IMG/VR virus record: IMGVR_UViG_3300025308_000073
Coordinates: 1-61,468 of that record
DNA from: a virus
Taxonomy: Duplodnaviria; Caudoviricetes
Direction: 5' to 3' (one strand)
DNA length: 61,468 bases
The notes beneath the pieces were generated by a model. The model did no database searches. It was not told the DNA's origin and saw only the letters and a program-made list of their open reading frames with translations. Both the position numbers and the translations under genes were made by a program. Below, in pieces: positions 8,487 to 16,704 of this stretch (within the stretch, counting starts at the first letter, position 1; each line of letters begins with the position of its first letter).

Positions 8487-8729
8487 CTATGCGTCCAGCT
8501 TGGTAAATTTGTGCGCGCCCTTGATATGCTTACCCAGGTGAGAGCCAGCCGATTCAGCGTCACGCATGGCGTTAAACTTTTCTTGAGGCACGTCGTGGTA
8601 GTGGTACACGCCGCCACTGTGAAATTTCACTGCCATTGTCTTGCTGGTTGGGTCGTATCCGATCGAGTGAACCTGACTCGACGTCTTGACCGGGTTCAGG
8701 GTTATTTTGATTGGGCTTTGTTTTTTCAT
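8487..8729 (-). CDS. KTSC domain protein
   Basis: SSQVHSIGYD....MAVKFHSGGVYHYHDVP......AESAGS. Confidence 0.85.
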   Translation of the reverse strand: MKKQSPIKITLNPVKTSSQVHSIGYDPTSKTMAVKFHSGGVYHYHDVPQEKFNAMRDAESAGSHLGKHIKGAHKFTKLDA

Positions 8730-10363
8730 GCTGCCTTCCTTTCTTCGTGCTGAATGTCGCCACGGAACTCTTGCAGAATCCAGTCGAGCATCATTTCTTC
8801 CGGCAGCCCGAAGTTCTCTGAAAGCACTTCGAGTATTTCTGCGCGGCTGGCGCGTGTGCGAGTTGCCGGACTGAATCCCGCGACAACGGTTTTCGCGCCA
8901 GACAGTTTTACCGGCTGCGCCTGTGCGGCCAATTGCGCTTGCTTGCGGCGTTCTTCGACGGCGGCGGCTTCCGATTCGGCGCGCGCCTTGGCCTCTTCCT
9001 CGGCTTGCATTGCCGCGCGCTGTGCTTCGAGCCGTGCTGATTCATCCGCTTTTTGCTTCTCGATGCGGCTGGTGATGGTCAAGGTGAAGTCTTCCATCGG
9101 CTTCACCATCAAAGCCTGCAAATCCGGGAATAGCGCACCGTAACCGACTGCGTTTTCCTTGCACCAGGCCAGCTTGGCGCAAACGTCCTTGGTTTGCGTA
9201 TCGGCGGCAATCTTCACCCCAGCAAGCATGGTTTGGATAGCATCGTGCATGCTGGCGTAGTTGCGCTTGCCCTTGATCGCCTCGGCAAAGTTGGGCGGAG
9301 CCAGCGTTATGCGGATCGGCTTGATTTCCGCTTCCAGCGCGGTGATGTGGTCGGCGTAGGCTTGCCTGCCTTCGAGCACCATTACTTCCTTCTTGGCCTT
9401 ATCCTCGCGCTCCACATCCTTTTCGAGCTGCAGGGCGGTGCCGTTCAGGTCTTTCACCCATGCGTCCATCTTGCGCGCGGCCTCACCGATGGTTTCGGTT
9501 TGCGCCAGCATTGCTTCCTTGGATAGCGCAATGGCCTTGGCCGTCTCGCGGAACTTTTTGGCCGCTTCCTTGGCGTTGGAAAAATCCTGATCCGTCACAA
9601 GCGCGATGGCGCGCACTTCGGCGAGTTTGGCGGTCAGCGCCACACCGAAGGCTTCCATGTTGTGTTCGGTTATCTCGCCCCTGGCGTGAACAAAGAGGGC
9701 GGGCAGTTCGATGCACACTTCGGCCTTGGGCTTTTCGGTGTGCTCGATGTGAACGTAGTTCTCGCGGTCTTTGTTGAACTGTACCCAGCCAGACAGAATG
9801 CGCTCGAACCAAACCGGATCAGGCATCACTTCCATGCTGACCATGTTTTCCTCTGTGCCGTCCGATACCGTGAAAATCCACTTTTCCGCGCCAGTGACAA
9901 GCAAAGCCTGTTGAACCTGCGGCATGTGGGTATCAGGCAATTCATAGCGAGCCACTGCGGAAGCAAGCTCCTTATTCCATTGCTTGTGCTCCCAGCCGAT
10001 AGTTCCGTCCATCGTAATCCCATCGCAGGACGCAGACGGGCGACCGCGCGAACAGATAAGCGGGAACAGTCGAATTCCGAATTGCTTTGCGACTATAGGC
10101 CGCGCCAGAGCTTCAACTTCGTGGCCGTAGTCCAGAATGTTCTTTTGCACCCAATCGCAGAATTCCTTGGCGATGCCGGACGATTTCATGCGCAGCAGTT
10201 CTGTGCGTGTCGTGGTTTTTGACAGGCCGAGCATTGCAGCGGCTTCGCTTGATCCGTCATGCTCAAGACGGAAATCCAGCCATTCCTGAGTACCCTGAAT
10301 AAGCTCATGCTCGACAAGTGGGTTTTCTTGGAGCCATTGCTGTACGTCGCTCATGTTATTCAC
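8726..10363 (-). CDS. YqaJ/lambda-exonuclease family protein with long coiled-coil C-terminus
   Basis: QGTQEWLDFR...SSEAAAMLG...GHEVEALAR...ASCDG...WEHK...QVQQAL. Confidence 0.85.
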   Translation of the reverse strand: MNNMSDVQQWLQENPLVEHELIQGTQEWLDFRLEHDGSSEAAAMLGLSKTTTRTELLRMKSSGIAKEFCDWVQKNILDYGHEVEALARPIVAKQFGIRLFPLICSRGRPSASCDGITMDGTIGWEHKQWNKELASAVARYELPDTHMPQVQQALLVTGAEKWIFTVSDGTEENMVSMEVMPDPVWFERILSGWVQFNKDRENYVHIEHTEKPKAEVCIELPALFVHARGEITEHNMEAFGVALTAKLAEVRAIALVTDQDFSNAKEAAKKFRETAKAIALSKEAMLAQTETIGEAARKMDAWVKDLNGTALQLEKDVEREDKAKKEVMVLEGRQAYADHITALEAEIKPIRITLAPPNFAEAIKGKRNYASMHDAIQTMLAGVKIAADTQTKDVCAKLAWCKENAVGYGALFPDLQALMVKPMEDFTLTITSRIEKQKADESARLEAQRAAMQAEEEAKARAESEAAAVEERRKQAQLAAQAQPVKLSGAKTVVAGFSPATRTRASRAEILEVLSENFGLPEEMMLDWILQEFRGDIQHEERKAA

Positions 10364-11423
10364 CGTTCCCTTCCTGCTGCCATGAGTCGATGGTCAGCTT
10401 TTGATCTTCAGTAAGGATCATCGCGCTGGACAACGTGGTGATGACCTTCTTGGCCTTGAGTTTGCCGCTGCGTACTTGGCTTTCGTATTCCTTCGCCAGT
10501 TCGGCGAATTGGTCGGCGGTGCATTCCTTGATTCCAGGCTTGCTGGATGGCGGCTTGCCCGCGTCTCCGTTCACGCCGTTATCAGTCTTGTTCTGCATCG
10601 CAGTCGCCCAGGTTGCCTCACCATCCTTGATCGCGCCATAGATGCCGCGCAGCGTGACGATCTGCGCCGGAGAGCACTTCTCAAGTCCGTGCCCGAGATA
10701 GCCAGTCAGATCGGTGGCGCTCACGCCTATGGCCGCGAAAGCGTCCACGATCTTCTTGCGCTCTGCATCTGGGTCTTTCGCGGCATCGTCCAAGCGAATT
10801 TTCTTGATGATCTCTTCCGCTTCATCGCACAGATCGCCAGGGATGATGCGCAGGCCAAGCGAGCGCATTGCCTTTGAGATTAGGGCCCCGCGCTTATTGA
10901 GCAGGTCATCGTCAGTACCGAGTACGGTGTAAACGTCCTTGTTGTAGCTGTTTTTGCGCACGCTGATGTAGGAGCCGTCGCTATTTGGCTTGCTGCGTTC
11001 AACGGTTTTTGACACGCGTACGTCAAGCGGGTAGGTGATATTTGCTTCCAGGTCGGTGACTGATACGCGGTGAACTTCCTTTTGCTCATCCTCGAAGATC
11101 ATGGTGGTTTCTACCAGCACGTTCTTCATGCAGCGCAGGGCGACTTCCACAAAGCGGATGCCCAAACCTTCAACACCTTGGCCGATAGGCTTGATGTAAT
11201 AGGCGCTCTTGTTATTTGCGAAGCTCGGGCGGCGGCATTCTTTGAGCAGTTCTTGGCGTACCGAATCCATGTTGCGCGGATTGCGCATTGCCATGATGTA
11301 GCGCGATTCGACCATTGCTTTTGACTGTGCCGCGATTGCCGTTGATGCGGTTTCGACAACCGCCATAGTCCTGCCTGTTCCGCCAAAATCTTCTTGTGTT
11401 ACCAGTGCTGTTCTGTCGTTCAT
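10356..11423 (-). CDS. putative ssDNA-annealing/recombination protein
   Basis: Directly upstream of and overlapping the YqaJ gene; function inferred from position. Confidence 0.5.
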   Translation of the reverse strand: MNDRTALVTQEDFGGTGRTMAVVETASTAIAAQSKAMVESRYIMAMRNPRNMDSVRQELLKECRRPSFANNKSAYYIKPIGQGVEGLGIRFVEVALRCMKNVLVETTMIFEDEQKEVHRVSVTDLEANITYPLDVRVSKTVERSKPNSDGSYISVRKNSYNKDVYTVLGTDDDLLNKRGALISKAMRSLGLRIIPGDLCDEAEEIIKKIRLDDAAKDPDAERKKIVDAFAAIGVSATDLTGYLGHGLEKCSPAQIVTLRGIYGAIKDGEATWATAMQNKTDNGVNGDAGKPPSSKPGIKECTADQFAELAKEYESQVRSGKLKAKKVITTLSSAMILTEDQKLTIDSWQQEGNGE

Positions 11424-11454
11424 GGTGTGCTCCTGTTGTGTTTATATTTAGCGA

Positions 11455-11755
11455 AGGTCACGGCTACGCCGCGACCCGTGACCAGCGATCAGAGACTCTT
11501 GGTGCAGCGGAAGCCGATGCTGACGCCGCGACGGTCGGGGCCGCCGCCGCCGAGACCGAAGACGCCCGCACGCGAGCCGGAACACCAGCAGCCGCCCCGA
11601 ACGAGCGCACCGCCAGACCAGTTCCGCTCTCCGTCAGGACGCCAGCCCATTCCCTTTTCTTGGGATGGGTAGGGTGCTGTGGTCAGGCTTGGCGAGTCAG
11701 CCTTGATGGTGGTGGTCAATCCCTTGTCGTCTCCCTGGATGTCGTCGAATACCCA
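11455..11755. repeat. 301-bp direct repeat, copy 2
   Basis: Offset 4946 bp from 6509..6809. Confidence 0.97.
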
Positions 11756-12397
11756 TGTGTAGCAATTACCGGCGAAGTCATAGATGCGCTCACCGTTGGA
11801 GAGCTGGTGCCAGCGGCGCTCTTCTGCATCGTCGGATTCGTAGGTTCCTTCCTGCGCTTCACTGACGTTTTCTTTGTGGATTCCTTGGAAAATCTTGCCT
11901 TCGCCGACCTTTCCGCCAGTCCAGTTGATGTCTTGCTGGCTGATGTCGTATGCAATCGCCAGCGCGCGGGTTTCAGCGAGAAGGTCGTAACCAGCAACGG
12001 CGCACGCCTTACGCGCCTCGTCGTAGTTGATCTCAACCCAAGGCATTGCGTCAGCGACCGACTGTGGAATTCCTGCTAGGCCGCGTGATGCGATGTACTG
12101 AGCAACTTGGAAGGACGGAACCACTTTGCCGCTGGGCAGCGTTACTTCCGGCACTGTGATGAAAACGCTGCTTGCCTTAACCGTTGCAGCCACTTTTGCG
12201 CGCAGCTCGGAAGCCAGCAGAGGGTATTCAGCCGTGCACGATTCTGCGTATGCCGCAATGGCTGGCATGGTGTGCTTGTCAGTAGTGAGATTGAGTACGA
12301 AGTATTCATCGCCAAAGTGCTTACCGCCTGGCGCATCTGTTCCGTCGGTGCGCGTGACATTGAATTTGTTGTAGATGCCTTGTTCGCGTTGGTTCAT
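11489..12397 (-). CDS. DGR1 target 2: N-terminal phage domain plus FGE/CLec-fold domain
   Basis: Paralogue of 6543..7226 with ~75 extra N-terminal residues; carries VR2. Confidence 0.9.
   Translation of the reverse strand: MNQREQGIYNKFNVTRTDGTDAPGGKHFGDEYFVLNLTTDKHTMPAIAAYAESCTAEYPLLASELRAKVAATVKASSVFITVPEVTLPSGKVVPSFQVAQYIASRGLAGIPQSVADAMPWVEINYDEARKACAVAGYDLLAETRALAIAYDISQQDINWTGGKVGEGKIFQGIHKENVSEAQEGTYESDDAEERRWHQLSNGERIYDFAGNCYTWVFDDIQGDDKGLTTTIKADSPSLTTAPYPSQEKGMGWRPDGERNWSGGALVRGGCWCSGSRAGVFGLGGGGPDRRGVSIGFRCTKSL
11505..11619 (-). repeat. DGR1 variable region VR2
   Basis: 23 substitutions versus TR1 (21 A>G, 1 A>T, 1 A>C), all at adenines. Confidence 0.97.
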
Positions 12398-12460
12398 TTC
12401 TTTATCTCCTGTTGGTTAAATTTCGCTACGTTGCGATGCCGTCTGATTTGCGCTCGGCAC

Positions 12461-12598
12461 TCATCGCCGCCCCGCAGGAATGACCATCCGCGCCATACGG
12501 ATTGCATCACCAAGCCGGTGTCCGCGTTGCAGGTAATACAGGACGTTGTTGGCGAGTTCGTAGGCGCGCAGAATGCGCTGCTCGAGTCGGCGGATCAT
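12461..12598 (-). CDS. hypothetical 45-aa protein (not in the ORF track)
   Basis: MIRRLEQRILRAYELANNVLYYLQRGHRLGDAIRMARMVIPAGRR; ATGA overlap with the upstream gene. Confidence 0.5.
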   Translation of the reverse strand: MIRRLEQRILRAYELANNVLYYLQRGHRLGDAIRMARMVIPAGRR

Positions 12599-12921
12599 TT
12601 CAGTCCCTTCATCAATTTCAATCTGGTACATTGCGACATCACATCGTCAAACGGCACGATCTCCTGCCTGGCACAGCGCGCCATCAGTGCGCTTTCCTTC
12701 CGGGCTGATTCAACCGCAACAAACGTGTCCATGCGATGCTGCGCGACATCACGATAATCTGCCGTGACCATCCATAACACCACCGCTGCCGCAACCCCTA
12801 TAACTGCGTAGAACAGCGGCGTGGCGTGTTTCTCAATTTCATCCATGCGCTGATTCTCGCGTGCGATTTCAGCGCGGCGGTTGAGTCTGTTTGCGATGTG
12901 CTGATGAGCGAGTGTTGTCAT
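12595..12921 (-). CDS. hypothetical single-TM protein
   Basis: Start MTTLAHQ overlaps the upstream stop; hydrophobic segment LFYAVIGVAAAVVLWMV. Confidence 0.6.
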   Translation of the reverse strand: MTTLAHQHIANRLNRRAEIARENQRMDEIEKHATPLFYAVIGVAAAVVLWMVTADYRDVAQHRMDTFVAVESARKESALMARCARQEIVPFDDVMSQCTRLKLMKGLK

Positions 12922-13274
12922 GCCGCTCTCCTCATCATTTCGCCGTCGCGCTTGCGGTCGTGGTGTTCGTCGCTTCGTGCGGCAGCGCATTCGTCGCATG
13001 GGCGTTTGGCTGGACGCGCTTCATAGTTGATTTCCTTCATGAGCGCGTCTGAGGCATCCTCCAATTCGCTGGCGCTGCCAACCAGCGACGACACCCGGTC
13101 TGCCAAGCTGTTTATGATGTGCTTGCATTCCAACAGGCTCGCGCCCTCGATGAAGCGCGCCACATCAACCAGATCATCCAAACGGCTCATTTTGACCGCC
13201 CTAGCCTGAGCCGATTCCATCATCGCCTGAATGTCCGGCAGCTCCATCAGATTGTTGAAAGTGTTGTGAGTCAT
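12918..13274 (-). CDS. hypothetical protein, first gene of the leftward early operon
   Basis: RBS GGAGG before MTHNTF. Confidence 0.6.
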   Translation of the reverse strand: MTHNTFNNLMELPDIQAMMESAQARAVKMSRLDDLVDVARFIEGASLLECKHIINSLADRVSSLVGSASELEDASDALMKEINYEARPAKRPCDECAAARSDEHHDRKRDGEMMRRAA

Positions 13275-13471
13275 ATTGCCTCCACAAAAGTTGTTTGTTG
13301 CCGCATCCTTGTTGCTCAATCAGCAGAGAGAAACCGGTAGCCGATGATGCTGCTCCAAGTGAGCCTAGCGACCGTATGCGAAGCTCCTGCGGGGTTAACC
13401 CGGTGATGCCTCACTACCGATTTCTCGCTACCGGCTTGCTGGTATCCCGCGTTGATCTGTGGGATGGGCGA

Positions 13472-13514
13472 ACTATAGCAATGCTGCATATTGAAGTCAA
13501 TAGCAATGCTGCAT
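13472..13514 (-). promoter_or_regulatory. PL-like early promoter with two repressor operators
   Basis: Minus strand TTGACT-17-TATAGT. ATAGCAATGCTGCAT repeated at 13475 and 13500 (palindromic core AGCAATGCT). Confidence 0.85.
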
Positions 13515-13553
13515 TTTTGCTGTACTGCGAGCCGCCGGGGAAATTTGGGCGAT

Positions 13554-13575
13554 AAAAAACCCGCCGAAGCGGGTT
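13554..13575 (-). terminator. intrinsic terminator ending the repressor operon
   Basis: Minus strand AACCCGC-TTCG-GCGGGTT followed by a T run. Confidence 0.8.
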
Positions 13576-13593
13576 GGTGTGTGGTTTGGTAAG

Positions 13594-13896
13594 TTATTCC
13601 CAGCGATCCTTTTCCTTCGCGGCCTCTTTAGTCTGCCATTGAAGATTTGCAGGATTATCAGCGCCGCCGCGTTTGAGGGCTTGAATATGATCCACAACAT
13701 AGCCAGAGCAGCGGCCAGTTGATTTGCCAGTGGCCGGGCATGGGTTGGTGCGCTTGAAGTCTTTTATCGCGCTGGCGCTGCGCTGGATGCGGCCATTGCT
13801 GTCACGCGGGCAGGTGTCGCAGCGCGGGGATGCGAATGCCAGCGTTGATACCGTAAGGAATGCGGAAATAACAAGGTGGACGAGAATTCGCGGCAT
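13594..13896 (-). CDS. HNH-motif protein with N-terminal signal peptide
   Basis: MPRILVHLVISAFLTVSTLAFA, then CPATG...C.GYVVDHIQALKRGGADNPANLQW. Confidence 0.75.
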   Translation of the reverse strand: MPRILVHLVISAFLTVSTLAFASPRCDTCPRDSNGRIQRSASAIKDFKRTNPCPATGKSTGRCSGYVVDHIQALKRGGADNPANLQWQTKEAAKEKDRWE

Positions 13897-13897
13897 G

Positions 13898-14152
13898 TTA
13901 TTTTTGTTGATCAGCGGCAATCCATAGTGCAAACGCGATCAGTGATGCCACAACAATCTGGATGGCCAGAAGCCCCGTGTTGACGGCAGCGCGGTCATCG
14001 TCCTGGTCTCCGGTAAATATGAAGTGGTAACCGTGCCCGTTAATACCGCCACCAGGATAATGAAGCCCGAACGGCGGGAACAGCATCATTAAAAATATGA
14101 TTGCAGCAGCGGCAATAAGAATAATTTGTCTGGTACTAAATTTGGTTAGCAT
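13898..14152 (-). CDS. small 2-TM membrane protein
   Basis: Two hydrophobic segments around LFPPF...GYHFIF. Confidence 0.6.
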   Translation of the reverse strand: MLTKFSTRQIILIAAAAIIFLMMLFPPFGLHYPGGGINGHGYHFIFTGDQDDDRAAVNTGLLAIQIVVASLIAFALWIAADQQK

Positions 14153-14436
14153 CCGTAAATCCCGGGGTGGCGTTCGCAGTCGTCGCGGGTGTCGCCGTCA
14201 TTTGAATATGCCGCAGACCTATCTCTTGGCTGCTGCGCATCCGAGATAAACCAATACCCGACAGACGAAGCTAGGGAAAATACCGCGACATAGATAAACG
14301 GCATTCCAAAACGGCCAAATTTTGATGCAGCAGACTTGATCCATAGCAGATTTGCGGCAACCGTAATTATCAACAGCGGTGGCACCAGGATGATGTCAAA
14401 TACCAGCACGGCGAAGATGATTTTTATGGTGCTCAT
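14146..14436 (-). CDS. small membrane protein
   Basis: Two hydrophobic segments; tight operon packing. Confidence 0.55.
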   Translation of the reverse strand: MSTIKIIFAVLVFDIILVPPLLIITVAANLLWIKSAASKFGRFGMPFIYVAVFSLASSVGYWFISDAQQPRDRSAAYSNDGDTRDDCERHPGIYGC

Positions 14437-14446
14437 GCTGCGTCAT

Positions 14447-14710
14447 TTAAGATTTTGGCGTTTCTGATTCTGGTGGCCTGAAATCCTTATTATCATCTGC
14501 GTGGCACCCACATGATGGGCTTAACGATCCATCGCAGCATGTTACTCGCTCGCCAGAGCACCCACACACACCGCCATGCCAAGAGCAGCATCCGCTTCGC
14601 GCCAGTTGTTCTTGCGTCGCTCCATCAGCCTTGAGTTTGTCGCATTGCTGTTGATCTGCGGAGTATGCGTTGAAAGAAAATAACAACAGAGTAACGAGTA
14701 GCCATTTCAT
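14447..14710 (-). CDS. secreted Cys-rich protein
   Basis: RBS AAGGAG; signal peptide MKWLLVTLLLFSFNAYS; GCCSWHGGVCGC...CCDG. Confidence 0.7.
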   Translation of the reverse strand: MKWLLVTLLLFSFNAYSADQQQCDKLKADGATQEQLARSGCCSWHGGVCGCSGERVTCCDGSLSPSCGCHADDNKDFRPPESETPKS

Positions 14711-14884
14711 GGTAATTCTCCTTGTGGTTAAGTTGAAAGCCTCCTGGTGAAATGGCGCTTCGCGCTCTCGGTAAATCAGGTTATCAGTCTACCCCCCCCG
14801 CAGCATAAAGCTGTAGCGGGAGTTGAACCGCTTCGTCGTTGCCTCTAAAAACATTCAGGCGCACCCCATGCGAGGCAACCAATA

Positions 14885-15301
14885 TCAAGCGGTGTGCCGG
14901 CGCTCTAATGGCGGATCAGTGGACCTCGCGGCCCGCTCCTGATCTCGCTCCTGTTTTTCCTTGCGCGCCTTGATTGCAGCACGTCTTATCTCAGCTCTCC
15001 ATACATCTGCATCCTCTGGCTCAAGCGCGGCCAAGTCGGCCAGCACCGTGTCGATGGGCGTGGCTTCGCGGGTGACCGGTTTTTGTTTGAGTTGAGAGGC
15101 TTTCCCATCCATCCATCCATTACCAAGATCAAGCACCATTTCAATGTGCCGCGCTACCCCATCGCCAACCGATCTATAACCAGTCAACCATTGATTAACC
15201 TGCCCGGGAGATTTACCAATAGCCCTCCCAAACGCTGCTTGATTGCCACCAAAGCTAGTGTTTATCAGCGTTTCTATTAGAGATTTCCTATTGTAATTCA
15301 T
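14885..15301 (-). CDS. CI-like HTH repressor (no S24 peptidase domain visible)
   Basis: NQAAFGRAIGKSPGQVNQWL...ARHIE..L.L..GWMD; divergent from the cro-like gene. Confidence 0.8.
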   Translation of the reverse strand: MNYNRKSLIETLINTSFGGNQAAFGRAIGKSPGQVNQWLTGYRSVGDGVARHIEMVLDLGNGWMDGKASQLKQKPVTREATPIDTVLADLAALEPEDADVWRAEIRRAAIKARKEKQERDQERAARSTDPPLERRHTA

Positions 15302-15307
15302 GAGTTA

Positions 15308-15368
15308 ACGATAGCATTGCTTGCCTGTCGCATGGCTATTGACCGATTCTGTAGCAATGCTATAGAAT
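15308..15368. promoter_or_regulatory. PRM/PR switch region with operators
   Basis: Operators TAGCATTGCT (15312), TAGCAATGCTA (15352) and degenerate CGCATGGCTA (15329). PR is TTGACC-18-TAGAAT; PRM is an extended -10 TGcTATCGT on the minus strand. Confidence 0.75.
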
Positions 15369-15375
15369 GCGCCGC

Positions 15376-15603
15376 ATGAACCTTCGCACATATTTAGATA
15401 AAAACCCGAATGCAGAATTTGCGCGTGCAATAAATTGCCCGCCAGCATTTGTTAGCCAATGGAAAAACGGGCATCGCCCTGTCCCGCTTGAATACATGGC
15501 CGCCATCGAGCAAGCCACCAACGGCCAAGTCACCCGCAAAGACCTGCGCCCGGATGATTGGGAAAGCATCTGGCCTGAGCTTGCCGACAAGAAAGCCGCC
15601 TAA
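15376..15603 (+). CDS. Cro/YdaS-like transcriptional regulator
   Basis: AEFARAINCPPAFVSQW..G.RPVP....AIEQATNGQVTRKDLRPDDW..IWPEL. Confidence 0.88.
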   Translation: MNLRTYLDKNPNAEFARAINCPPAFVSQWKNGHRPVPLEYMAAIEQATNGQVTRKDLRPDDWESIWPELADKKAA

Positions 15604-15647
15604 TGACTTCTGCCGGCCACAATGCAACACCTCCCTTGGTCGGCTTT

Positions 15648-15676
15648 GCCCGCGCAGAAATGCTGCGGGCTTTTTT
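15648..15676 (+). terminator. tR1-like terminator
   Basis: GCCCGC...GCGGGC followed by TTTTTT. Confidence 0.7.
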
Positions 15677-15691
15677 ACAACAAGGTGCCTC

Positions 15692-15955
15692 ATGAGAGAA
15701 CCGCAAGACGACGCGCCGCTGGCATCACGATCCGGCACGTCAAACCCGTTCGGGAAATGCACAGAAGATGTCCGGGCAAAGGTTCCGTATGCCATCAAAG
15801 AAGGTCTTTCCCGCCTCGTTAATGAAAGCGGGATGAGTGAGGCTGAATATGTGCGTGATGTGCTCATGGTTCATGTTCTCGGTGTTGATGCGGTTATCAA
15901 GATACACGAGGAACGGATCAAGAGGTTTGCTGGAATAGGGCAAGAAAAGGCATGA
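15692..15955 (+). CDS. ribbon-helix-helix regulator in the cII position
   Basis: DVRAKVPYAIKEGLSRLVNESGMSEAEYVRDVL. Confidence 0.6.
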   Translation: MREPQDDAPLASRSGTSNPFGKCTEDVRAKVPYAIKEGLSRLVNESGMSEAEYVRDVLMVHVLGVDAVIKIHEERIKRFAGIGQEKA

Positions 15956-16704
15956 CCAAGACGGATGCATGGATGCCTCTGTGGATCGGCGCATATCTCG
16001 CTGACACACTTCACTTGGCGCGCGATGAGCATGGCGGCTATCTCCTGTTGATTATGGCGTACTGGCGTACTCGCTCACCACTTCCAGATGACGACAAACA
16101 CCTTGCGGCTATCTCAAAAGCCACTCCAAAGGAGTGGAAATCACTTCGCCCAGTTCTTTCGGGATTCTTTCAAATCGAAGATGGTTTGTGGAGACACAAG
16201 CGTATCGACCAAGAGCTTGAGGACGCCGGACAGAAAAAAGCCAAAGCAACAAGCAAAGCTCAAGCAGCAGCTCAAGCACGCTGGAAAGATGCCCCAAGGA
16301 ATGCTCCAAGCATAAATCAGGGCGATGCTCCAAGCACTCATCAAGCATTGCATAAGGAATGCCCTACACCATCACCTATAAAACCTACCAGTCAACCAGT
16401 CAACGCGCGCGACCCCGAAAAATTCGCCATGCGCATCGGCTGGGAGCCATCCGCCCATGTTGCCGACCTTGCCAGGCAATCCGGGGCTCCGCTGGCTGAC
16501 GGCGATTTGCCGGAGTTCATGGCGCACTGGCTTACCGAGCCGGCCACCAAGCGCACGCAGGCCGAGTGGGATAAGGCGCTGCTGCAATGCGCCAAACACC
16601 GAAAGCTGCGCGCCGCGTCGCCTCTACCGGTAACCGGAAAACAACCACGCAAAACCGAGGATTTTTCGCAGAAAAACTACGGAACGGAGATCAGGCCGCT
16701 ATGA
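15952..16704 (+). CDS. DUF1376/YdaU family replication protein
   Basis: WMPLWIGAYLADTLHL...EHGGYLLLIMAYW...LPDDD..LA.I...HKRIDQEL. Confidence 0.85.
   Translation: MTKTDAWMPLWIGAYLADTLHLARDEHGGYLLLIMAYWRTRSPLPDDDKHLAAISKATPKEWKSLRPVLSGFFQIEDGLWRHKRIDQELEDAGQKKAKATSKAQAAAQARWKDAPRNAPSINQGDAPSTHQALHKECPTPSPIKPTSQPVNARDPEKFAMRIGWEPSAHVADLARQSGAPLADGDLPEFMAHWLTEPATKRTQAEWDKALLQCAKHRKLRAASPLPVTGKQPRKTEDFSQKNYGTEIRPL

Noticed and set aside
13475-13514. 15-bp direct repeat as a CRISPR remnant
   Set aside because: Only two copies with a 10-bp gap, overlapping a promoter and matching the OR palindromes, so these are operators. No CRISPR array or cas gene was seen in the window.
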